Assembly (NCBI GenBank): GCA_009602725.1
Contig: WELB01000029.1
Location: forward strand, 689,522 to 730,141
Origin: Spirogloea muscicola
Taxonomy: Eukaryota
Length of the DNA stretch: 40,620 nucleotides
Reading direction: 5' to 3'
In this document: piece by piece, positions 1-11,407 of the stretch
Layout of the letters: each line of letters starts with the position of its first letter
How positions within the stretch are numbered: the first letter of the stretch is position 1
Program-made: the position numbers and the translations under genes
Notes under the pieces: model-generated
What the model saw: the letters and a program-made list of their open reading frames with translations, nothing else
What the model was told of the DNA's origin: nothing
Databases searched by the model: none

Positions 1-258
1 CATCCCGTTGTCGCGGATCTTCATCGGCTCTCCTTGAGTAGGACTGTGACTGCTTACCTGGAGGACAGTCTCTGGCCCGTACCTGAGAGGTGAGTTGCCG
101 CCTGTCGGCGGCGCCTCAGGGCAAGGTATTCCGCCCCTGCATAGTACACGTGTGCTTCACTGTGCTGGGGGTTTGTCTCTAAACCCCAGCGACCGGAACC
201 AATAAGAACATACTGACCCCTGACTGTGCTCTTAAGGGTCAGGGTCATCATAGCTACA
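1..258 (+). mobile_element. 3' part of a family-A LTR (runs off the window start), inserted antisense into the 3' LTR of the chromovirus
   Basis: Collinear with 7990-8232 and with the reverse complement of 7200-7376. Ends ...GGGTCATCATAGCTACA (CA terminus at 258), after which sequence switches abruptly to a reverse-oriented LTR. Confidence 0.8.
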
Positions 259-788
259 GCAGGCGGCAGCAGGGCTGCGCCTCTCGCGCGTGGGCGCTTC
301 CCTGATCCTGACTGGGTCCCCCGAGTCTCGTCTCAGTACTCATAAGCTTCACGTGCCACCCTTCTCAGGGTCTCTGGGAGGCTCGCCTCAAGGCCCTCCT
401 TCGAGAAAGCGGGCCCGACAAGGGGGATACGATTACGAGTCAGGTGTTCGCGAGAACCACGCCAAGCTGCTTCTGGGAGCACCGTCTCCCTGCGCGTCGC
501 GGCGCCGCCCTGCGCGTCACAGGCGCGTCGCGGCGTCGCAGGCGCGCCACACGTGTCACATACGTGTCACTGCGAGTACGGCCGCGCCGCCGAGCAGCTC
601 TTCTTCCGGAATCGGCGCAACGGCGGCACGGCTGCGGCACCGCAGCGGCACGCCGCGTGTCATACCGCACGTCACCGTGCGTCGTGCGCATCAGGCGCGC
701 GCGCGTCACGCACGCGTCAGTGGAGCGCGCGCCACCGTCACTATACTCGAGGTAAAGACGTTCCTTCCGTAACGGCGCGGACGTCACA
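259..788 (-). repeat. 3' LTR of the chromovirus (truncated at 259 by a nested LTR)
   Basis: On the minus strand it begins TGTGACG at 788 directly after a polypurine tract. Homologous to 8330-8637 plus 9201-9446. Confidence 0.85.
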
Positions 789-797
789 TTCCTCCCC
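789..797 (-). other. Polypurine tract (PPT)
   Basis: Minus strand GGGGAGGAA abuts the LTR TG start. It is preceded by GTTCCCGAGGACGTGAA, which is also seen before the PPT at 15181-15210. Confidence 0.8.
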
Positions 798-899
798 ACT
801 AACATGTTCACGTCCTCGGGAACAGGACACAGGATGGAGGAGATAAGTCGAAAAAATATTCCGCGACTGGTGCGTCCAATAATACGACGCAATGGAGTA

Positions 900-3800
900 A
901 CACGCCACTGTCCGAGATCGTGCGCGAAATGGACGGGCAATTGGCATTTGGCCAAAGGCCTTCACGGATTATCAGGCCCATAGCCTAGCCACTTTACAAG
1001 ATACTCGCGGCACTTACGTCGCCCCCGGAGATTGTCGCGGTAAGACTAGATCTCCTCCACCTCATACTCTTCCTCATCCTCAACGACAAGAGGAGGTGGG
1101 GGGCGATCTGACACGACCATCCGTGTAAAGTGGCTCGAGCTGGGAAACATGGAACACTCTGGCAATTTTCCTTTGTACCAGGGCTCGTACGCGACCTTGC
1201 GGACCAGGCGGACTCCACAATAGGGTCCAAGCCATTGTAGCAGTAATTTAGGCGTACCGACAGCCCGCAAGGAGAGGTTATTTGTGCTTGATAACACTCG
1301 AGCACCCATGCGAAGGCCACATGTCGACGATGTCGATAAGCATACTCCTTTTGCCGTTGCTGGCAATCTCCAAGCATTGCCGAACCCTCCGCTGAGCATC
1401 CTGGAGCTTACGGTAAAGTTTGCTGCTGCCGGCACACGTTCTGGCCTCGCCACCTGTAAAGTTGCCCGGGGATGCTGACCGTGATTGAGGAAGAACGGGG
1501 TAAGTTTGGTGGTTTCATTTAAGGCATTGTTCACAGCATATTCTGCTGGAGCAAGATAAGCATCCCAGTCACTTTGGCTAGGGTTTACAAAATGCCTAAG
1601 CATGCCATCCAGACCCGATTTATGCCCGCAGTCTGACCATCTGCTTGCGGGTGGAAAGACGTGGACAGGGACTGCTTGGTGTCCATAAGACTGCACACCT
1701 GTCGCCAGAAGCAACCCGTGAAGCGAGAGTCGCGATCACACATGATTCTCTCGGGCACTCCGTGCAGTCTCCATACACGGTCCACGAAATACCAGCAAAT
1801 CCCTCAGCGGATGCTGTGGAGGTCGTAGGCGCAAAACGCGCCATCTTTCGGATTGGAACGATTCACGAACACGATGATGGCGTCATAGCCCTTCGGCGTC
1901 ATCGGTAACTGGGTGATGAAATCCACACTAGTAACAGACCATTTCCGCGGAGAAATCTCCAAAGGTTGGAGCAATCCGGCAGGCTTATGAGAGCGTGCCT
2001 TACCACGCTGGCAGGTGGCGCAAGTCCTCACAAAAGACTTTTTTTCTGGGCTTTCAAGCCGGGTCACTATAAGAGAAGCTGGATAGCTTTGCTATTTTTT
2101 TACCCGAATGACCACGATAGGGTGGCTCATGCATCTCTTGCATGATATTACTACTTCGTAAGGCAGTGCAGTCAGGGACTACAATGGCATCTCCTCTGCC
2201 ACCAAAAGTCTTGGTCAGACATAAGTGTGCGTGTATTGGTTGCAGTTGCAATCCACGGGTCGGTACCTTACTCATTACAATTACGCACAGCTCAGAGAGG
2301 TTGGCGGTGGACTGCTGCGCAGTTCCACGAGAAGGCCGCACGTCTGCGATCTGAATCCCTGACACATACAAGGCAGCCGCCACAGCAGCCCCTACAATGT
2401 TGCGGCTCACCGAGTCCGCAACATTCCGCCTTCCAGGGCGGTACACCCACTGGAAATGAAATGTGGTCAAACGCTTAGCCCACCGTGCTTGACGCCTGCT
2501 CAATTGCTGTTGTGTGTGAAAGTAGGTCAACTGGCAATGCTCCGTTACGACCGTAAATTTGCTGCCCTCGAGATAGCACCGCCACACACGCAGGGCGTGC
2601 ACAACAGCAAAGAGCTCTTGCTCCCCAGTAGTATAACTGCGCTATGCTCGACGAAGCAGGCGACTTTCACATCTTATGGGTGACCCTCCTGCATGAGAAT
2701 GGCACCAATACAGATTAACGAGGCGTCACATATGACTTCAAATGGCAAACCTTCTCGAGGTAAGGCCAACAGGGGTGGAGAAACCAGGACCCGGTCTATA
2801 TTGTCAAATGCCTTCTGGCATTCGGACGTCCAACCCCAGGACACGTCCTTACGAGTAAGCTTCGTAAGAGTAGATGCCATACTTCCATATTCTTGCAGGA
2901 ATTTACGGAAGTAATTTGCGAATTTGCACCAGTGGATGTTAGCCTAGTGATACCACATCGTGTTCTTCTTTCTAGTCAAAATTACCAAAAACATATATAC
3001 AACTCATATATTATGCAATATTTTCTCCATGGTCTCAAGAAAGAACGCAACTGTGGAAATTCCGTGGCACCGGCCAGTCCTTTAATACTCAGAGCCTTTT
3101 TGGGGTCGACGCGAACCCCGTCTTTACCTATAAACATGCCCTAAGCTCGGGCTGGTTGAATACACAATTTTTTGGCATAACGAGCCTCTGAGTGCCAAAT
3201 TGGTCTCTGGGCGAGCTGCGCTACCTGTCAGACATGGCATCGGAGGCTGCTTCTGGTGGGGGCAGCGTCAGCAGCGGCGTCAGCGGCGGCCGCGACGGCA
3301 GCGGCGGCGGCAGCGGCGGCCGTGGCAATGGCTCCCTCCTGGCGAGGGGCCGGACGGGCCGCGTGCGGCGATGCGTCGTATATGCCGAGTCGGATGACGA
3401 TGGCGAGGGCATCCCCTCCGAAGGCAGGGTGGACCGAGGGTGATGAGTCAGGGTCTTTCAGGGTTTGGGCCTTGCCGGTAACGAGCGCCGGCTCGCTGAG
3501 GCCGTGGATGGCACCGTGGACGGCGCAACCATTGCCAGCCGCCGCTGGTGCCGGCACTGGCGTTCGGCCACCGGCGTTGCCCCTGCCGCGCTTCCTCCCA
3601 CCGGTCGGCAGGCCGGTGGCTGCGCGCCGCCTCCCTTGCTTGTTGCCTTTCCCTGCGTCCTCCTCCTCTGTATCCTCCTCGCTGTCAGCCCCGCCCTCGT
3701 CCTCGTTGATGTCCTCGTCGTCCTCACGATTGCCATCGCTGGGACTGCCATCGCCCTCGACGCACCCAGCTGCCGCTGCGAGCTTGCGCTGCCGAGTCGC

Positions 3801-5050
3801 CGCCTCGGCCTCAGCCCAGTCGTCATCGCCACTGCCAGCGGCGGCGTATTTATTCTAACGCAGCAATTGCAGCACTGGCCGGAGGTGCCGTACGTGATCC
3901 TCGGCCGTGTTACTGAACACCAAAATGTTATCCAAGCAAAGCAGTACGCAATCATACAGTAGGGGGCCAAAGACCTTCGTCATCACAGCTTGAAATGTGG
4001 CAGGTGCGTTGGTTAACCCAAGACTGAGCACCTTGTATTGGAAGTGACTGATTGGCTTAGGGAACGCACATTTCGGTTCGTCCTCAGGTGTAATATAAAT
4101 TGGTGATACCCGCTTTGCAAATCGAGAGAGCTGAACACATTAGCTCCCGCGAGACGATCGGACATATCATCAATTCGAGGCAAAGGGTACCGTTTCTTGG
4201 ACAGTGAGCTTGTTGGGAGCTCGATAGTCGATGCACATCCGAAGACTTACCATCTTTCTTCTTGATAAAAAGACCTGCACGAGGTGGTGCACCGTACGAC
4301 GACTGGGAGGGGCTCAATGTGCCCTTTCCTCAGCAAACCCTCCACTTGGGATTGCATCTCGCAAAATTCGAGAGGACTCAGTTGATACATTGGACGGTAA
4401 GGCAGCGCAGCGCCGGGCTCCGATGGAATTGTATGAGCCACGCCTCGAAAAGAGGCAATCCGTCTGGGAGAACGTCGAGGAACACATCCGAGAATACTGC
4501 CAACAACTTGTCAAGAACCGCAACATGTGAGCCACATCACTCACTACAGCCGAGTCACGGAGAGACTTAGCACTCATCACCACCAACAGATACACGGCCG
4601 AAGCTGGTTTCGCGTGAAGGGGCTTCTTGAATTGCACAGCCGACAGCTGGATAGAGGAAGCTGTCACGGTTGGTGGTCCACGGGGAACGTCTTTGTGTAA
4701 TACAGAACGACGAGCACCCCGTTGACCAGAGCAAATCCGCGCGTCAAAGTCAAGCAGGGCCGCGGTGGTACATAAGCATCATCGACCAAAACCACATCAA
4801 AGCCCAGTTCCAATTCAATGGCATGGCAAAACGCAACCGTCTTATTATTATGAATGCGCACAGGGACTTCACAGAGACCCGTGACTTTGGCCGTTTGTCC
4901 ATTAGCCAATGTAGCTCGTCAGACACAAGTGGGCTTCACAATCAAAGCCTTGTTCTCACAAAATTCTTACTAATACAGGAGACAGAAGCCCCCGTGTCTA
5001 CAATAATCTGGGCCGGCTGACCGCCACAAGTCGTGTGAAGAACATTGTTG
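900..5050 (-). pseudogene. pol: Disrupted pol: protease (~4660-5050), RT (~3050-4440, interrupted), RNase H (~2400-2880), integrase (~1100-2150), chromodomain (~960-1080)
   Basis: Translated fragments include [22 protein letters not shown]...[11 protein letters not shown]...CLDNILVFS (YLDD decayed), HALRVWRCYLEG, CATCQRGK, VDFITQLP, LQWLGPY and EEYEVEEI. Confidence 0.9.
3181..3849 (-). other. About 670-bp GC-rich foreign insert splitting the RT domain (boundaries approximate)
   Basis: RT reads LLR*NK on one side and YAKK on the other. The homologous RT at 10930-10975 is uninterrupted (LLRENELYLKK). Confidence 0.8.
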
Positions 5051-5424
5051 GCGCTATAGCACCGAGTGGCGAGGCACTTACAGTAGTAAGAATGAATTAC
5101 CAAGCTACATATACTAGCTTTTTCTGAGACGATGGTAAAACGTTATCTACTTCAGTCCTCACTTGGGGGCGCTTCGCTACGTGGCGACACAACAAGGCTG
5201 GCCCAGATGGATCTAAGATGGTGGTATTACCTCACGATTGCACGGCACAACGCAGAACATTGTTTCCTTAGCACCGTGGAAACTGATCCAGCTCAAGTAC
5301 ATGCTCGCAGCTTTCTTCAACTTATTGGAAGGAACCACACAACAAGGGGACTTTCTTCCTTCAAAGCTTGCATCAGCCCATGCACAGAGCGTACTACTGG
5401 CATAACACAGCGATCATACTCGGT

Positions 5425-6566
5425 CTACAAGTTTAAACAGCACTTCACATCATACTGCTGAAACTCGCACAAGGGTGATAGGAAGGGGCACTCACTTTCG
5501 CCTTTTCCCTTGTACGAGCCTTTCGGGCGAGTCGATGTAGGCTTGGTAGACGAGGTCCGCGGCTGCGGGCACTCCCGACATCGATGGCCCTTCTGGCCAC
5601 ATCGGTAGAACACCCGGTCCTATTTGGGGACGAAGTTCGCTGGCCCCTCGCCACCACTGAGCGCGACGATGGCCCGGGTCTACCACTTGGTACTAGAAGC
5701 CATGCTATGCTAGAAGCCATGCCTGGGCTTGAAGCGCTTCGTCGTCGAAGGCCCCGGCGGCTTGTTCCCATCTTCCTGACGGAGGAACCGCTTGCCCTTT
5801 GGGTACATGGAAACGATTGCCAAGCCTCAATGATCTTCTCCAAGGTGGTCACAAGCTCAAGCGTGGTCTTGTCCACCTGCGACATCAGCGCCCCATGCTG
5901 CGGCAGTCCTACCTTAATCCGTTGAACTTGGTCTCTGGCGTCCATGGTGCCGCACTTAACCAGCAACATGTGAAAGCGCCTGACATAATCTTCAGAACCA
6001 TCGCCCGTCATACTAATTATTTCAAGCTCGTTGCGGGCCATCGGCCCCGCTTAGACTTCGCCAAATATCGAGGTCAACGAACGGGTGTGGAAAGTACCAG
6101 GTATTGAAAACCCTAGGGGTGGAGGATAGCTTCACGGACTCCCGCTATGCGACGGGATCACACGCAGGATAAGTGGCGGCGATCCCGACCCGGATGCCGA
6201 TGGTGCCTCGCACAAGACAAACCATGCCATTATTCCCCTCAACCACACGGCGAGATTGCCCAGCCCACTAAATTTGGCAGGCTGGCACGGCTGGGCACGC
6301 CCCAGCCGAGCGCCGTGGCTGACTTTCGCCTTCAGGCGTTGGACCCGTTGCTCGCCCGCACACACACGGGTAATCAACGTCCGAATCCCGGCGCATAGCA
6401 AACCCCACACGGGATTCGCCAGCGGGTTCCCTCCGGAGACGGCAGCCTCCAACTGCTCCTTTAGGCACTCGAGGCTCCGCGCTTGATCAGAAGTCAGGCC
6501 ATCCGGGCCAGGCGCACGGAGCTCCGCAAGGTCGTTGACCACGTCCTCAACTTCAGGTGGAGGCAC
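5425..6566 (-). pseudogene. gag: gag with C-terminal zinc knuckle, frameshifted
   Basis: ORF pieces 6132-6566, 5445-6041 and 5425-5613. The last contains (C)FYRCGQKGHRCRECP, a CX2CX4HX4C-like motif. It lies upstream of the protease. Confidence 0.8.
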
Positions 6567-7160
6567 AGGTGACGGACCGGGGCTGGGTGGCGCACTTGAG
6601 TCCGGCTACTCCATGCTCTAACACCAACACACTGAGAGATCAAGTCAGTGGCGTGCATTCGGCACAACAGCAGAGACAATACTTCCACGATGATACTGAG
6701 CTAGGCCGGGGCCTCGAAAAAAGGCCAGAGCTATCATGGCGGCGCACCCAACATACCCCTAGAAACGCCAACTGCACGAGCAGCCGAGGAACGGACCAGG
6801 ACTGGAGTGCGGACCAGCCTCTGGCAAATAGCCAGAATTCGTCGCCCTGCGGCCGTCGGTTCAATCTCCATGCCATGAAGGCAGGCAATACGCTGACCGC
6901 AGAAGGTTACGCAGGCGAATTGCTGACTTGGCAATGTCGCTTGACGCCGGGGTGGAGGGTCTGTCGCCATCGCCGACCCCGGACACGTGGAAGCAGCGGG
7001 CGAAAGGATGACAGCACCAGTCGGCCCGGCGATGCAGATCCACGGAACACTCTGGCAAGGAGGTTTTGAATGCAAAGAGACAACTCAGTGCCAGAACATC
7101 AGAAGGAACCTTGCACTGCAGCCGTACCATGAAAAGGAATGTGAGGCTAGTCAGATGGAA

Positions 7161-7168
7161 TGATACCA
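7161..7168 (-). other. Primer-binding site, tRNA-Met type (partial)
   Basis: Minus-strand TGGTATCA immediately inside the 5' LTR end. Confidence 0.7.
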
Positions 7169-7376
7169 ACCAAAGTCAGATCCCTACCCTCGTAAGCACA
7201 GTTAGGGGTAGCCCTTTCTGGGTTCGGTCTCTGGGATTGGATTTAGAGACGAACCCCCAGCACAGTGAAGCACCACGCGTGCTACGCAGCGGATGACCCA
7301 ACCTCAGGCGCCGCCGACAGGTGGCGACTCACCTCTCGGGTACAGGCCAGCAACTGTACCCAAGGGGAGCAGACAT

Positions 7377-8232
7377 TGTAACGTCCCCACCCGTTACGTA
7401 ACATTTGACCTTGGGTCAAACGCTAACGCGTAGTAACGGTGCGCGGCCAAGTTTGGTTCGACTCCCGCGCCCCACTGATACGCGCAGTGACGCGCGTGCG
7501 ACACGTGGGCGACGCTCGACGGTGACGCGCGGCGCGCCGCCGTGCCGCTTCCAGAAGAGGACCTGCTCGGCGGTGCGGCCGCCGCGCCGCCGGAGACGCC
7601 GCCGCATCGCCTCCGCGCCGCTCCCAGAGAGGAGCTACCTGGCGGTGCCGCTGGACTCGTAGTGACACGCATGTGACGCGTGCGGCGCCGCGCCGCGCAG
7701 GCCGGTGCCATTTCCAAAAGGATGCCGCGTGGCGTGGCTCTCGCGAGCCACCTGCCCTCACAAGCGTATAACCCTTGTCGGGCCCTCTCGAAGATGGGCC
7801 TTGAGGCGAGCCTCACAGAGATCCCTGGGGGTGGTGGCACATGAAGCACTATAAGTAGGGCTGAGACCAGACTCGGGGTACCGGGTCAACATCAGTGAAG
7901 CCCGCGAGAGAGAGGCGCAGCCCTGCTGCCGCCTGCTGCCGCAGCCCGCCGACGTTGCTCTGTTGCTGCCTGCTGCAGCAGCCCGTTGCCGCATCCCGTC
8001 GTTGCGGACCTTCATCGGCTCTCCTGTGATTAAGAGTGTGACTGCTCCACCGTACTGGAGAGGTGAGTCGCTGCCTGTCGGCAGCGACTCACCTTAGGGC
8101 AAGACTTCTGCTGTGTAGAACATGTGGTGCTGCACTGTGCTTGGGGTTTCGTCTCAAAATCCCAGCGACCGAATACAATCACGATGTCCTAACCTAACCC
8201 CTGACTGTGTGTATAGGCATAAGCACGTCACA
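7377..8232 (+). mobile_element. Solo LTR, family A
   Basis: TGTAACG...GTCACA termini, TATA-like TATAAGT near 7850, degenerate 5-bp TSD GACAT/GCCAC. Confidence 0.8.
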
Positions 8233-8637
8233 GCCACAGTCTACTCACAGGAGAGATGAAGATCCGCAGAGACGGCCTGCGGCGACAGGCTGCAGCAGCA
8301 GGCAGCAGCAGGGCTGCGTCGACAGGCTGCAGCAGCAGGCGGCAGCAGGGCTGCGACTCTCTCTCGCGTGGGCTTCCCTGATCCTGACCGGGTGCCCCGA
8401 GTCTGGTCTCAGCCTATTTCTAGTGCTTCATGTGCCACTCTTCCCAGGAGTCTCTTGGAGGCTCGCCTCAAAGCCCACCTTCGATAAGGCGGGCCCAGAA
8501 AAGGGGAGACAATTACGGGGACAGGTGGTTCGCAAGAATTACGCCATGCGGCTTCCTTCCGGGAGCGGCGCCGCCCTGCGCGTCGCGGCGCCGTCCTGCG
8601 CGTCACAGGCGCGATGCAGCGTCGCTGGCGCGCCACA

Positions 8638-9200
8638 TGTAACGATCCAGCCGTTTTGTTAAGCACACGGTGCTATTAGCCTTACATGACCGCTAGCCAT
8701 TTTTCGGACAAGTGGCCCGTCCAGCTGGCAGGCGGGTGGCTTGCCAGGCAAGTGACCCGCCCCGCCCGTCCAGGAATACTCCTCGCTAGGATCCATCCGT
8801 TCAATAGAGGATCTTTGTAAAGCCCGCCTCAAGGCAGGCCATGGGGCGACCCGCTCACACCCCTGGAGGGGAAGTGGCACGGGGGAGCAATACGAGCCTT
8901 GGGCTGAGACCCAACAGCAATTCGAACTGGTGAAGCCTAGAGCAGCCTTGCCGTTGCTTGCCGCCGCAGCCGCCGCTGCAGCCCGCTGCGGGACTTGCTG
9001 CGGGGAGCCCCGTGGGGAACAGCTGCGCCCAGGAGGTGGAGTCGCCGCCGGACGGCAGCGCCACGGGGCCTGTCTTCAGCTGCGCCTATGGGCTTGTGCT
9101 TCACTGCTTCACTGTCAGTGGATTCGCTCCTAGACCCCTACAGCCGAGCATAACAAGGACGACTCACCCTACTGCGTGTCTAGGGGCGAGATTCTTTACA
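8638..9200 (+). mobile_element. Solo LTR, family B (same family as the LTRs of 12911-16016)
   Basis: TGTAACG...TTTACA termini, TSD CCACA/CCAAA. Shares GACCCGCTCACACCCCTGGA with 13140 and 15471. Confidence 0.85.
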
Positions 9201-9446
9201 CCAAACGTGTCGCTACGAGTAGAATGGCGCCGCCGAGCAGCTTCTCATCTGGAAGCGGCGCGGCGGCGATCCGGCGGCGGCGCAGCTCGGCGCCGCGGCG
9301 GCATGCTATGCGTCACCCACGCGTCGCACGCGTCAGTCGCGCGTGCGTGACTCGCGCGTCAGTGGGGCGCGGTAGTATATCTTCTGGGCCGCATCACGTT
9401 AGCTTGAATCCGCGATTAAGCGTCACGTAACGGCGGGAACGTTACA

Positions 9447-11390
9447 GGCGTGCACAACAGCAAGGAGCTCTTGCTCACCCGTAGCATACTTACGCTCTGC
9501 AGGACGAAGCAGGCGACTCTCAGATGCTACAGGGTGACCTCCTGCAAGAGACGGCACCAATGCCGATCAAAGAGGCGTCACAGACTACTTGAAATGGCAC
9601 GCCTTCTCGAGACAAGGCCAAAACGGGTGGGTATCCGGGTAGGACTAATTTATATCCTTAAATGCCCTCTGGCATTCGGACGTCCACATCCAACATACGT
9701 CCTTACGAGTGAGCTTCGTAAGAGGAGCTGCCATACTTCCGACCCTTACAGGAACCTACGGAAGTGATTTGCGAACTCCAAGAAGGAACGCAACTGTGGC
9801 ACATTTCGAGGACAGTTACAACCACAGTCCTTTACAACTACGCTCTCTAAAATGTCCCCTCCGTCTAAGCGTGCCAGCGGTGCCGGTAACCTTACATGAT
9901 CGTATCGTATCTACCGATTTGAAGTCCCAAACGGGTAACTTCGCTGCACTTTGTGCAGCTGAGTGTGGGCTGAGACCCTGGGCACGTGTGGCACGCGCCA
10001 CATGCTGCACGCGCGGCATGCGCCCCGCGGCACGCACTGCACGCGCCACGTGCGGCGCGCGCCGCGCGCAACACGCGCTCGGTGACTCGCCTTTCCATTC
10101 GTCCCGCTCGCGCCACGCGCAGCACGCGTCACGCGGCACGCGCTGCATGCGCCACACGCAGCACGCGCCAGTCCCCTAGATTCGTATTCCTGTATCCCCA
10201 TTCGTCAGGCCCGCTCCTCCAGGGGAGGCCCTTTGGGGCTACCCTCGTCACACCCTCTGGGAAGGGGCGGCAGGAGAAACAAGAAGGAAGCGCGGCCAAA
10301 TGAAGTGGTGGCTGTGAGAGGCCACCCCAAAGGAATGGACAAGGTCTTAAGGAGCCGGAGTGCTAAGTGCTAAGACAGCAGCCAGGAGACTCTCAGTAAC
10401 CTCTAATCGGTAGATGCAAGTCGGAATAGCTAGCTGGCGGATAGACGTCGCCCTGATGGAAGCCGGAGGCCCCAGCCAGAAAATGAGAAACGCAACAGGT
10501 AGTGGGCCGAGGCCAGACTCCTCACTCCGACCAACGCCGTGAGAGACACAGCTTTGCTGCTGCCTAGCCAGCCCCGCTGCTGCCTGCTGCCGCCGCCGCT
10601 GCCACAGCTCTGCTGCGGCCGCCTACAGCCCAGCCCGTCGCCGCAGCTCGTCGCTGCGGGCCCCACCGGCTCTCTAAGTCTAATGGTAGAGTCACCTCCC
10701 TAGAGCGGTGCCTCAGGGTAAGACTTTCGTTGCGCTCTGTGCGCGTATGTGCGTTGGCGTTATCCTGTATGAGGGTTGTCTCCAAAACACCCCTATATTC
10801 GAATCCAAACCAGGACATTCTGACCCTGACTGTGTGATGAGGGACAGGGATGCTACAGTCTTGATGGGGTTGACGCGAACCCCTTTGTCACAACATGCCC
10901 TATGTATGTTCCGGCTGGTTACACACACTTAGGTTTCTTGAGATACAACTCATTTTCACGCAGCAATTGCAGCACTTGCCGCAGGTGCCTCACGTGATTT
11001 TCGGGCGTTTTACTGAACACCAGTATCCTATCCAATTTCAAATGTACCAAATCATTCAGTAAAGGCCCAAAAGCTTTCATCATCACAACCTGACACCGTG
11101 GCAAGTGTGTTTGGTGAAAGCAAAACGACGCATTTTGCGTCAGGTGTAGCCAAGCGGCCAACAACAAGCCGACTACTGAACCTCCTCAGGTGTGAGACAG
11201 GAATGATCATCACCACTCTGCCAAGCGAGGAAGCTTTACGCATAAGCTTCAGTAAGATGAGTTTACAGATCATCAATGCTTACAGAAGGTATGCTATCTT
11301 GACAGTGAGCTCGCTCAAAGCTCATATCGATGCACATCCGAAGTCTCCAGCTTTCGTCACAACGAAGAGGATTTGCACCGCACGATAATT
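9447..11390 (-). pseudogene. Older Gypsy element RT-RNase H remnant, host of the nested insertions
   Basis: 9447-9830 is collinear with RNase H/RT at ~2594-3085, and 10858-11390 is collinear with RT at 3095-3180 plus 3850-4295 (LDRILVFSKTPENHVRHLRQVLQLLRENELY). Confidence 0.85.
9853..10857 (+). mobile_element. Solo LTR, family C (left boundary uncertain)
   Basis: Interrupts the RT of the older element. The 3' part (10560-10857) carries the shared LTR core and ends GGGATGCTACA. No clean TSD was found. Confidence 0.65.
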
Positions 11391-11407
11391 TGTTAAGAAC
11401 CATACCA

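Larger units (their letters stand above)
259..9446 (-). mobile_element. Degenerate Ty3/Gypsy chromovirus LTR retrotransposon (LTR-PBS-gag-PR-RT-RH-IN-chromodomain-PPT-LTR) with nested insertions
   Basis: Domain order is Gypsy-type. Motifs seen: CCHC knuckle, protease IIVDTGAS, RT, RNase H DAS..IGAILMQ, integrase VDFITQLP/DRDSRF/HPQADGQT, chromodomain EEYEVEEI...EYLVKWLGYGP. LTRs at both ends. Many stops and frameshifts. Confidence 0.9.
7171..9446 (-). repeat. 5' LTR of the chromovirus, in three pieces (7171-7376, 8233-8637, 9201-9446)
   Basis: Starts TGTAACG at 9446 on the minus strand. The pieces rejoin collinearly with the other family-A LTR copies once the two nested LTRs are removed. Confidence 0.85.

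Noticed and set aside
290..955. Arg/Ala-rich ORFs within LTRs (also 7394-8666, 9816-10303 and 11322-12081)
   Set aside because: These are by-products of GC-rich LTR sequence, and the frames are not conserved between LTR copies.
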